36,778 bases of DNA, taken from assembly GCF_001194135.2 (NCBI RefSeq), contig NC_068982.1, positions 134,772,211-134,808,988 on the forward strand, given 5' to 3'. Position 1 is the first letter of the stretch; each line of letters opens with the position of its first letter. Of the stretch, positions 23,571 to 33,621 are shown piece after piece. The stretch is from Octopus bimaculoides. Taxonomy: Eukaryota. Both the position numbers and the translations under genes were made by a program. Below the pieces are notes generated by a model. That model made no database searches. It was not told the DNA's origin and worked only from the letters and a program-made list of their open reading frames with translations.

Positions 23571-23585
23571 CACCATCACTCTATT

Positions 23586-23799
23586 AGTTTCAAATTTTAG
23601 CACAAGGCCAGCAAGTCTGGGGAAGGGATTAAGTCGGTTATATTGAGTCGATTACTCAAATGAAACTTATTTTATCGATCCTGAAATGATGAAATGCAAA
23701 GTCAACCTCGGCGGAATTTGAACTCAGAACGTAAAGACGGACGAAATGCCGCTAAGCATTTTGCCCGATGTGTTAACGATTCTGCCAGGTTGCTGCTCC
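23586..23799 (-). mobile_element. Older family-B SINE (tail variant ...tggccttgtgctaaaatttgaaac)
   Basis: Colinear with other B copies; flanked by the same 15-bp repeat (23571-23585, 23800-23814). Confidence 0.88.
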
Positions 23800-24160
23800 C
23801 ACCATCACTATATTGAAAGATCAAATCAACTCCATCAAATTCAGATAGGCAGTGGACGTTTTACTACTTGTGTCAATTGTAGGTGTTCTGGGAATATAAC
23901 CTTAATCCTGGAAGGACTGTTGTCTTATTCTCAGTGCAGTTCTATTTCCCATCAACTAGTCTTCGTGAAACTTGAAATAAGAGTCTCTTCTGGAGTCATT
24001 TCTTTGAAAGGCGTTTCAAATAGTTTGATCATATGGCAGGCTTGTTGCATGGAAACCACATTCATAGTGTTAACAACTGGAACAGCTGCACAAAAAGTCA
24101 AAATAGAGACGTGTGTGTGTTTGTCTGTGTGTGTGTTTGCGTGTGTGTGTGTGTGTCTGC

Positions 24161-24192
<32 letters not shown>

Positions 24193-24393
24193 ATTTGCGT
24201 AGGATCGTAAAGACTCTGGAGATGTAAGTTGGACCAGAAACAAAAAGCGGAGGAGGGAAACATTACAAGTATTTCAAAATGTAAACAATGTAAATTTCTG
24301 GGTTAATCAATTAGTTCATCTTTCGTGTTTTATACGCTTTTTGGATCTGTCCAGACACTAATCGATAAACGTGACTTATTCTTATACCCCCAC

Positions 24394-24447
<54 letters not shown>

Positions 24448-24450
24448 TAT

Positions 24451-24653
24451 AGTTTTCAGTCATTTGACTGTGGCCATGCTGGAGCACCGCCTTTAGTTGA
24501 GCAAATCGACCCCAGGACTCATTCTTTGTAAGCCTAGTACTTATTCTATCGGTCTCTTTTGCCGAACCACTAGGTTATAGGGACATAAACACACCAACAT
24601 CGGTTGTCAAGTGATGGTGGGGGATAACAGACACACAAACATATACACACACT

Positions 24654-24688
<35 letters not shown>

Positions 24689-24840
24689 CGGGCTTCTTTC
24701 AGTTTCCGTCTACCAAATCCACTCATAAGGCTTTGGTCGGCTCGAGGCTATAGAAGACACTTGCTCAAGGTGCCACGCAGTGGGACTGAACCCAGAACCA
24801 TGTGGTTGGTAAGCAAGCTTCTTACCACACAGCCACGCCT
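24451..24840 (-). mobile_element. Full-length young family-A SINE
   Basis: Head aggcgtggctgtgtggtaagaagcttgc; near-consensus throughout. Confidence 0.92.
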
Positions 24841-24867
24841 GCACCTATCTCTAATTTAAAAAAAATC

Positions 24868-25070
24868 TTTTTATTCGTTTCAGTCATTAGACTGCGGCCA
24901 TGCCGGGGCACCTCCTTGAAAAATTTGTAGTCGCATGATTTGATCTCAGTACTTATTTTTCAAAGCCTGGTACTTATGCCATCAGTCTTTTTTGCCGAAC
25001 CGCTACGTTACGGGAACGTAAACGCGCGAACATCGGTTGTCAAGCGGTGGTGGAGGACAAACACAAATAC
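24868..25070 (-). mobile_element. 3' half of diverged family-A SINE
   Basis: cagtcattagactgcggccatgccggggcacc...ttttgccgaaccgct...ggttgtcaagcggtggtggaggac. Confidence 0.8.
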
Positions 25071-25110
25071 TAACACACGCACACATACATACATGCACAC
25101 ACACACACAC

Positions 25111-25162
<52 letters not shown>

Positions 25163-25261
25163 GAAATATAATTTATTCCCTGATCGAAAACTGCAGTTTC
25201 TGCGGGATTACTAGTAATACACACGTGGGTATTGAGGATAAATATTTTTGCCAATACTCAT

Positions 25262-25413
25262 AATCCTAACCCTAACCCTAAAACCCTAACCCTAATCCTA
25301 AAACCCTGAAACTAAAACCAGTACAAACGCACGAACAATGTCATAAATACCATACCGCCAATAGTTGTTGTTGACAAACAACGGCACTAATTTTATTCAA
25401 GGGAAAAGATCCC
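25262..25413. repeat. Interstitial (CCCTAA)n telomere-like repeat within a repeat remnant ending in AAAAGATCCC
   Basis: cctaaccctaaccctaaaaccctaaccctaatcctaaaaccctgaaac at 25262-25318; the terminus aaaagatccc (25404-25413) is the reverse complement of the gggatctttt terminus at 29085. Confidence 0.6.
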
Positions 25414-25667
25414 ATTACACCGCACAACGCTTTGTTGACGATTCACAGCAGTAATTGTTTTCACCTCAATGGACGTCAGTGATTGTTTGAAATTACCGAA
25501 ATACGACAACTTTAACACGAAATAATCTTAAAAAGATAAAATTTTCTCAATAACACTAAGAGTAAAAGATGTTTTATACGAGACATTCTGCCAGTGTCCC
25601 CAGTTTGAAAGTGTTTCGTTAAGAAAACAAGTGGCGCCTGCCAAATCAGAAAGATCCAGGCTGTCTA

Positions 25668-25706
<39 letters not shown>

Positions 25707-25804
25707 TGTGTGTGTGTATGTGTGTGTGTGTGTATGTGTGTGTAGCAGCTAATGCGTGTGTGTCATACGAACAGACTATTACACATAATTATTCCATACA
25801 CACG

Positions 25805-25938
<134 letters not shown>

Positions 25939-26539
25939 CAGTGTGTGTATGTGCGTGCACGCATGTTTCTTCACTGCTTTTCCTTTCATACACACATACA
26001 CCCACTCACGCGTATTTATATTATATATTTTCAAACTTGCTTAAAACAAAATGTCTCTTTTGCAACTTTTCAAATATTAACTTTTCGTAATATATCTTAA
26101 TCGGTAGAAACCTCTTGTTAATTTTGCATTCACACTTTTTTTTTTATAGATACAAGTCTAATATAGATTATTATAGTAAATTCGACCAATCCATGGCACT
26201 CTTGGGTATTGTCATTTACTCTGCGACTGAAGAAGTAAAAATAGTGTTTATTTTCTGAGTGCTGTCTTCTTTAATAATTAAGATAAAAACGATTAATATA
26301 TTGATTATACATTTCCAATATTGGTACGTGGGTACAAATAGTTTTTAAGATACAGAGTGAGGGGGAAATTTATAATAAACGGCGTCGACGTTCGTTCATG
26401 GCTGGTACTTATTTATCGAGCGACGGGACTTGAACGTGCAGACTAAAAAGACGCAGTTATATACCGATGATCCACATTTACCACCAAACTGGTGCCTTCA
26501 TGACCGCTAATAAAATGATTTCTAACAGAAGCGGAAGGT

Positions 26540-26730
26540 AGGGCGGTGAGCTGGCAGAATCGTTAGCATGCTGAACAAAAATGCTTAGCGGTATTTTGTC
26601 CGTCTTTTGGCTCTGAGTTCAAATTTTGCCGAGATCGACTTTGCCTTTCATCCTATTGGGATCAATAAAATAAGTATCAGTTGAGCACTTCCCCTAAATT
26701 TCTGGCCTTGTGCCAAAATTTGAAACCAAT
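26540..26730 (+). mobile_element. Family-B SINE (internally deleted)
   Basis: agggcggtgagctggcagaatcgttagc...gatcgactttgcctttcatcc...tggccttgtgccaaaatttgaaaccaat. Confidence 0.88.
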
Positions 26731-26947
26731 ATGAGCTGAAAGTCTTTAGTTAGGGAAAGGAGAGGGCGAGGGTTGAGTCAATTAATCAGCACTTTACTAG
26801 TGCCTTCTTTTTATCGGCCCCGTCGGAATAAAAAGGAAAATTGACTTCGGTGACGTTTGCTACCCAACTAAATACCATAAGGTATCTCATCATTTTGTCC
26901 ATTACGCTAACTCAGTCGTTCTCATCTGGGGTCCATATGGCCATTGG

Positions 26948-27112
26948 GGGTTGGCTGTGTGGTAAGTAGCTTGCCTACCAACCACATGGTTCCGGGTTCA
27001 GTCCCACTGCGTGGCACCTTGGGCAAGTGTCTTCTACTATAGCCTCAGGCCGACCAAAGCCTTGTGAGTGGATTTGGTAGACGGAAACTGAAAGCAGCCC
27101 GTCGTATATATG

Positions 27113-27154
<42 letters not shown>

Positions 27155-27306
27155 TCCCCCCAACATCGCTTGACAACTGATGCTGGTGTGTTTACGTCCC
27201 CGTAACTAGGCTTACAAAGAATAAGTCCTGGGGTCGATTTGCTCGACTAAAGAGGCAGTGCTCCAGCATGGCCGCAGTCAAATGACTGAAACAAGTAAAA
27301 GAGTAA
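26948..27306 (+). mobile_element. Young family-A SINE with ~40-bp internal deletion
   Basis: Near-consensus, but ccccgtaact joins directly to aggcttacaaag, lacking tagcggttcggcaaaagagaccgatagaataagtact. Confidence 0.9.
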
Positions 27307-27310
27307 ATGA

Positions 27311-27620
27311 TGTTTGTTGTTTGTTCCTTCTCGAGCCATACCCAGCTCATAAGGACCGGTTTTCTGGTGTCATTGGCGTATAGGTTTCCTACCTGGGCAG
27401 GACGCCGGTCCGTCGCAGGTGAGCTGATAGATGCAGGAAGAAAGAGTTAAGGAAAGTCGTGGCGAAAGAATCAGCAGAAGTTCGACATTACCGTCTGCCG
27501 GAGCTACGTGAAGCTTAGGTGTTTCACTCATAACCACACACATCGTCCGGTCTGAGATTCGAACCTTCGATACCTCGACTGCGAGGCCGCTGCTCTAACC
27601 ACTAGGCCATGTGCCTCCAC
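27311..27620 (-). mobile_element. tRNA(Arg)-like SINE, body X + tail 1
   Basis: Minus head gtggaggcacatggcctagtggttagagcagcggcctcgcagtc...ggttcgaatctcagaccgg (A/B boxes, TCG at anticodon position); tail ...gctcgagaaggaacaaacaacaaa. Confidence 0.85.
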
Positions 27621-27654
27621 TTACATGCAATGAATTGATTATATTTCTACAATA

Positions 27655-28034
27655 GGAGGCGCAATGGCCCAGTGGTTAGGGCAGCGGACTCGCGGTCGTA
27701 GGATCGCGGTTTCGATTCCCAGACCGGGCGTTGTGAGTGTTTATTGAACAAAAACACTTAAAGCTCCACGAGGTTCTGGCAGGGAGTAGTGGTGAATCCT
27801 ACTGTACTCTTTCACCACAACCTTCTCTCACCCTTTCTTCCTATTTCTGTTGTACCAGTATTTCAAAGGGCCAGCCTTGTCACACTGTGTCATGCTGAAT
27901 ATCCCCGAGAACTACGTTAGGGGTACACGTGTCTGTGGAGTGCTCAGCCACTTGCACGTTAAGTTCAGGAGCAGGCTGTTCCGTTGATCGGATCAACTGT
28001 AACCATCGTTGTCGTAACCGACGGGATGCCACAA
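27655..28034 (+). mobile_element. tRNA(Arg)-like SINE, body X + tail 2
   Basis: Head ggaggcgcaatggcccagtggttagggcagcggactcgcggtcg...ggtttcgattcccagaccgg; body homologous to the 27311-27620 element; tail homologous to 16805-16990. Possibly related to the described octopus tRNA-Arg SINEs (OR1/OR2); unverified. Confidence 0.85.
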
Positions 28035-28867
28035 TTTCTACAATATACAAAATATTTTATTTTTTATACAATTCCTAATAATATTTAATTATAAAAATAT
28101 ATTTGGATTTTTTTTAAACATTGAAAGGTTTTTAAGGAGTCCACTCGAATAAAATAGGAATCAGAGGGGTCCGGAGACAAAAAGACGTTTGAGAATCATT
28201 GTCTGACCGATTCTTCAAGGCCGTTGATGTCAACCTGACCGCTAATATATTAGAAATATAATCGTATCTAATGCAACTCAGAACTATAGAGACATCACAC
28301 ATTCTACTCCACGTTTCTCTAAAATATATTGTTTTTATGTTATGAAAACGAAGCCAATACATTATATTTGGACACGGAGAAATAACACCCACTCGACTTT
28401 AACTGGTGGACGGGGAAAAACAAGACTCGACATTTGCAATGCTTTTTTTTTTTTTTNNNNNNNNNNNNNNNNNNNNNNNNNNNNNNNNNNNNNNNNNNNN
28501 NNNNNNNNNNNNNNNNNNNNNNNNNNNNNNNNNNNNNNNNNNNNNNNNNNNNNNNNNNNNNNNNNNNCCCCCCCCCCACGATGCAGAATTCGAATCACGC
28601 AAGTGATGTCAATACTGTCTTCTTTTTCTTTGTACGCGTGCGTGTATGTGTGTATGTGTGCACATCTAAATGTGTGTGTGTATGAACAGATATATGTATA
28701 TGTTTGTGTATGAATGCATAAATTATGTCTGTGTGAATATAGTGGTCACCCGTTCTGCTAAAAGTAACAGTTACACCCCCATCAAATTATACACTGTTGT
28801 TTTAAATAAGGAAAGGAGGAAAGGGCACATTACGTAATATATCCTTCTACATTGTTTCAAATGTCAG

Positions 28868-29042
28868 CAGGTTTGGGTGAAGGACCTTGTCGACTATATC
28901 GACCCCAAGTACTTGACTAACACTTTATTTTATCAATACCGAAAAGATAAAAGACAAAGGTGACCTCGGTGGGATTTGAAATCAGCACGGAAGAGTTGGA
29001 AGAAATACCACTTAGCATTTTATCCAATTTAGCTCGCCGCCT
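28868..29042 (-). mobile_element. Diverged family-B SINE
   Basis: gtcgactatatcgaccccaag...gacctcggtgggatttgaaatcag...cttagcattt...agctcgccgcct. Confidence 0.75.
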
Positions 29043-29324
29043 TAATGCTCTTAATCCTTCTTATGCTTCCGAAAATCTGGAACGGGGATCTTTTAGGTTC
29101 GGTGCACTGGGTCTGATTTTACTGAAGATTTTTTTACACAGAGGTAGATTTTCATGCTGATTCTGAAAATCACAAAAAAAAAAAAAAAAAAAACCAGTTA
29201 TGATCCTTTAAAACTCGAATTTTTCTTATTTTTGTAATTTTAACCAGCTAAATCAATCCAAATTTTGACATTATGAAAATCCACAATTTATTTCTATATG
29301 TCCTCATAGAAATTAATTCTTTCA

Positions 29325-29536
29325 ACTCTACAGGTACAAAGCCTGAAATTGTGGGGGATGGGGTTAGCCAATAACATCGACTCCAGTGCTTAATTAGTAC
29401 TTACTTTATCGACCCCTCAAAAGATATAATGTAAAGATAACCTCAGCGGAATTTGAACTCAGAACGTAAAAGATCACAAGAAACGCCGCTAAGCATTTTT
29501 TCTAGCGCGCTAACGATGCTGTCAGTTTGCCTCCTT
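29325..29536 (-). mobile_element. Family-B SINE
   Basis: catcgactccagtgc...tttatcgaccc...cctcagcggaatttgaactcagaacg...ccgctaagcatttt...ctaacgatgctgtcag. Confidence 0.82.
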
Positions 29537-29752
29537 ATAGCAACTAATTGAAACCGTCAAAGGGCTACGGGGTTAGGGCGTAGAGTTAGTTAAGTTTAGG
29601 GTTGGAGTTGAGGTTAGGGTTAGGTTTAAGTTTAGGGTTTGCAGAACTTTACAAAATTTCACTGTTACCGTTGATGTGTTTTCTTTCATTTCCTTTCACT
29701 AAATATATTCATCTGTAAAGATCTTGTGATGTTTTTACTATTAATTTCTTAA

Positions 29753-29965
29753 AAGGCCACGTGCTGGCAGAATCGTTACCGCGCCAGACAAAAATGCATA
29801 GCGGTATTTCGTCCATCTTACGTTCTGAGTTCAAATTTCGTCGAAGTCGACTTCGCCTTTCATCTTTTCGGGGTCGATAAGTAAAGTACCAGTTGTGTAC
29901 TGATCGATGTAAATGACAACCTCCCTCCCGCAAAATTTTAGCTCTTGTGCCTGTAATAGAAAGGA
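29753..29965 (+). mobile_element. Family-B SINE
   Basis: aaggccacgtgctggcagaatcgtt...gttctgagttcaaat...gtcgacttcgcctttcatcttttcggggtcgataa...cttgtgcctgtaatagaaagga. Confidence 0.85.
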
Positions 29966-30029
29966 AGCTTATTAATTCCTCAAAACCTGTTGCGAAGTGG
30001 TAGACTTTTAGAGCGAAGGGGAAATATGT

Positions 30030-30203
30030 TTTGCAGAATTTGTTCTGGGCCTTTATGTTCTGAGTTCAAATTCTGTCGAAGTCAACTATGCTTTTCATCT
30101 TTATATGATCGATCAAATAAAGTACCTGTCAAGTTTTAAACTGGGTGTTATCGACTAACTTCATTCCATCAAAATCGATGGCCTTGTGACTAAATTAAAA
30201 CCA
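30030..30203 (+). mobile_element. Diverged family-B SINE
   Basis: gttctgagttcaaattctgtcgaagtcaac.atgcttttcatc...tggccttgtgactaaattaaaaccaat. Confidence 0.75.
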
Positions 30204-30451
30204 ATCGTTACTTTCTTAAAAACAGAGTTCTGTTTTTCGTAATGTCAAGTCACGGGAAAAAAAGTTACTTTGCATGACGTCACCAATATGTACAGCGAAT
30301 GGATAAATCTGATTGGTTAAAATTGCAAAAGATTCAGTGTTTAAAGATTCATAAAAAGACCTCTTGATTTTCGTAATTGGCATGCAACACTACACCTGTG
30401 TAGAAGTTTTCTATAAAATCAGATCCTGTACATCACACTTAAAAAATCCCG

Positions 30452-30525
30452 GGATGGCCACATCCGGAACATCTTCGATTAAAGGCTATTTGATTAGGAT
30501 TGACCTGGAGTGAAACAACAACGAC
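30452..30525 (+). mobile_element. Family-E 3' fragment
   Basis: gatggccacatccggaacatcttcgatt...gacctggagtgaaacaacaac resembles the 3' end at ~14870-14935. Confidence 0.45.
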
Positions 30526-30986
30526 AGAAACATCTATTCAAAAGCTGTCTTTAGTTTCACATTGAAGCAAGAAAGCTGTTGATCAAATGGATAGAATACA
30601 AGTCAACCACCGTAGAGATCGCCAGGTCGGCGTTACCGACCTCGTATTTCTTGTTTCTGTGGCCATCTTACTTTACTCTCAAACAGGCTACAGACTAGAA
30701 TAATCGAATAGCGGAATGTATTTGATCGAACGCAAAGCTGAAATGTGTGAGAGAAACCGCGAAAGAGCTTAACAGACGTGTTATACTGATCAATTATGAC
30801 CAACATAACACATTTATAAGACCGGCAACATTAATATAATTACATTTTCGAAGTTGAATATGTTATTTGTTAAATCTGATGAACTCCGTTTTATACATTA
30901 GTGGTTCTATTTCGGATTCAGCATGTATATGAGTTTAGTTGCAAGTAAATAGAATCTTTCACAAATTGGTGAAAATATTATTGATG

Positions 30987-31886
30987 CTCGAGAACTGATC
31001 AATAAGTATCCGGACTGTTACCAGAGTAAACGAAGCTAAAGCACACAGAGTAAAGCAGCAGGGCACAGATTGATCTTGAACTCTGCTGTGCATGCGCACT
31101 AAGTTTTAACGTTCTAGTTCGCTTCCGTTGTTTACGGTAGTGCTTCGAAGGAAAATGTGTAGCGTGTGATCTCTGCATTGAACATGACAAAGTAAGTTGA
31201 GCAGAGAATCAGCATTAAATTTTGCCAAATGCTTGGTGATACCTGCTCAGAGGCCTACGCAAAGTTTTCAAAAAGTTTTCATCGTTCTCGATGCAACCAA
31301 GGAAATCTTGTGCAACTGAAATTCGAGTGTGCTTTTGGTCAGCTGAAAGTAGTTTTGGCACAAACTTGGCAGACCCACGTCTCATACTCAAATCTTCAGT
31401 CATAACTGACTGAACTGAGCCGTAACTAATCTTCATATCCTCTGATAACTCAGGGATAGTGATTCGACGATTTCCCTTCGCAGCTGCACGTACATCTGTG
31501 ATGTTTTTTTCAGTTCTGCTGGTTCCGGGTCTCCAAAAACGTTCGTCAATATCGACATTTTTTCGGCCATCTTAGAAACGTCTGAACCACTCGTACACTT
31601 GTGTGCGACTCATACACTCCTCCCCATACACTTTCTGAAACTTTGTGTAGGCTTCTGAGCAGGTATCGCCATGACAACTTTCTCTGTCGTGGTCAGTGCG
31701 ACGATCACACGCTACACACCTCTATTCCAAGCAGTGATGTAAACAGCGGAAGCGAGTTAGAACGTTAAAACTTAGTGCGCATGCGCGGCAGAGTTCAAAG
31801 TCAATCTGTGCCAAGTGGCTTTACTCTGTGTGCTTTATCTTCGTAACTATGGCAACAGTTCGGATATTTATTGATCAGCCCTCGTA
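30987..31886 (-). mobile_element. Non-autonomous mariner derivative with ~290-bp inverted arms
   Basis: Terminal repeat tacgagggctgatcaataa(a/g)tatccg at both ends (right end 31884 + TA; left end degenerate); 30989-31280 is the reverse complement of ~31620-31884; the interior encodes the mariner transposase N-terminus. Confidence 0.9.
31262..31690 (-). pseudogene. Mariner transposase N-terminal (DNA-binding) remnant
   Basis: Minus frame GDTCSEAYTKFQKVYGEECMSRTQVYEWFRRF*DGRKNVDIDERFWRPGTSRTEKNITDVRAAAKGNRRITIPELSEDMKISYGSVQSVMTEDLSMRRGSAKFVPKLLSADQKHTRISVAQDFLGCIENDENFLK: two HTH regions, GRP-like linker, WVPHEL-equivalent FVPKLL; stops just before the DD34D domain. Confidence 0.9.
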
Positions 31887-32864
31887 TATCAACATGTATG
31901 TGTGCCCACTATTTTTAAATATTAAGTTCCAATATAATCGCATTCACGACCACCTGAAAGGTATTTGCAGATAAATTCATTAAAAATGTACGCATTTTTA
32001 TAAAAGTTATTATAAAGAGAAAAGTCGATTCATAGTGAATTATACAGAAACTCTTTTCTATCCCTCTCCGAAAATCATTTTCACAATAAATTCCGATATA
32101 ATCGTACTCTACAACACATAAAAGATATTTGTAGAAAACTATTACAAAATATCAATTTTTATTAAAGTTATGGGGAAACAAAGTCGCTGAGGCGTGGAAG
32201 TTCCTACAGTGTTATATTTGTTTTGCGACAGATAACAATATCATTCAGAGATTTGTAGTCAGGCTGTAACTTTCGAGATTTCTGAGTTGTACGTGTTTCA
32301 GGAGTGCCTTGATCTGTGAAATTGTACTGAAACCGAAACAGTTACACCGCAGAAGGCTCAGGGTAGCTATTTAAATCACACGTATATCTGTATATTCACA
32401 TTTGGTTTGATTCGAGATGCTATGTGTGCCCCTAGTTTGTCGTGTTGGTTGCATGGTTGCCTTAGCCTTGCTTTAGGTCGTCAACTGTTGATAGAGTCGA
32501 AGGAGGACTGTCGTGGATATAAGGCTTAACGTTTATATTTTCAGATTTGGCAGAATCTATCTCTCTTCTGGACTAAACTCAGCCGATTACTTCCAGAAAA
32601 AGAAAGACAGAAAGAGAGAGAGAGGGGGGGGGGGCTCAGCAGGATTTGAAATCAGATCACAAAGAACTGGAAAGAATACCTCAAAGAACTCGATCCAACG
32701 TTCTACCGACTCTACTAATGTTGCCACCACGACTGCGTGGATATTTTTGCTCCAGAGCCGTAGGACTCATAAGGTCGGTTACTCGGTTTCCATGGCGCAT
32801 AAGTGACTATCACAATGTTACCCTGAACAGAATGCCAATCCGTCACAGAGTTCTTCAAGGACAA

Positions 32865-33060
32865 CAATTTTGAGGGGAGGGGGGAAGGTCGATTACATCG
32901 ATCCCAATACTTGACTGCCACTACTTGACTGGTATTTTATTTCATCGACCTTGAAAGAATGGAAGGCAAAGTTGACCCCAGCGGCATTTAAACTCAGAAC
33001 GCAAAGAGCCGGAAGAAATGCCGCTAACCATTTCGTCCACCGATTCTGCAGGCTCGCTGC
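32865..33060 (-). mobile_element. Family-B SINE
   Basis: gtcgattacatcgatccc...catcgaccttgaaagaatggaaggcaaagttgaccc...aactcagaacg...gaaatgccgctaa...cgattctgcaggctcgctgc. Confidence 0.82.
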
Positions 33061-33405
33061 ATTGCATAGATAAACGGAGGAGATGGAGATAAAAAAAGGA
33101 TGATACGTTGTAAGTCAAAAGAACGCTACTGCTATCCTCTTCAAACATGCGTCACATCGGCTCTATGTAAGCCGTAGACGACAAACGGCGAAACAACACG
33201 GTGGCCTACCTCACTAATAGGAAGCAATCTATAACGGTAGATGAATGCAAGGGATAAAAGTAGAGTTAAATGAAGGAGAGTCGACACCACCAAGATCGGT
33301 TCAGGAGGTTTACGTACCGTAATAAAAATGGATATCTACTGACCAAAGTCTCTGCAATCTAGTTTCGCTGCTGTGATATTGTGGAGAATATTACACGGAA
33401 GATGG

Positions 33406-33621
33406 AAGGCAGCGAGCTGGCAGAAACGTTCGCACGCCGGGCGAAATGCTTAGCGGTATTTCGTTTGTCTTTACGTTCTGAGTTCAGATTTGGCCGAGGT
33501 CGACTTTGCCTTTCATCCTTTGGAAATCAGTAAATAAGTACCAGTTGAGCACTGGGGTCGATGTAATCGACTCAACCCCACCATCGAAATTGCTGGCCTT
33601 GTGTCAAAATTTGAAACCAAT
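33406..33621 (+). mobile_element. Family-B SINE
   Basis: aaggcagcgagctggcagaaacgtt...gaggtcgactttgcctttcatcc...taagtaccagttgagcactggggtcgatgtaatcgact...tggccttgtgtcaaaatttgaaaccaat. Confidence 0.9.

Larger units (their letters stand above)
29085..30450. mobile_element. Old foldback/long-TIR element (GGGAT...ATCCC) with central TTAGGG-like repeats, interrupted by three family-B SINEs
   Basis: 29085-29270 aligns by eye (~70%) to the reverse complement of ~30290-30450; ggttaggg/tttagggtt repeats at 29571-29640; no clear TSD. Confidence 0.55.

Noticed and set aside
23323-23814. CRISPR-like array (three direct repeats with ~230-bp spacers)
   Set aside because: The repeats are 15-bp target-site duplications and the spacers are SINEs; eukaryotic context with no cas genes.
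25262-25318. True telomere or chromosome-fusion site
   Set aside because: Short, degenerate and embedded in a repeat remnant; no head-to-head pure arrays.
27655-27735. Possible tRNA-Arg(TCG) gene (similar heads at 27545-27620, 8975-9054, 17040-17117)
   Set aside because: A and B boxes are present, but there is no proper acceptor stem and the sequence runs into SINE bodies; these are SINE heads.
33160-33200. gccgt-N9-acggc-GAAAC hairpin resembling hammerhead stem II
   Set aside because: The upstream core reads ctatgtaa, not CTGANGA, and there is no valid stem III/UH triplet.
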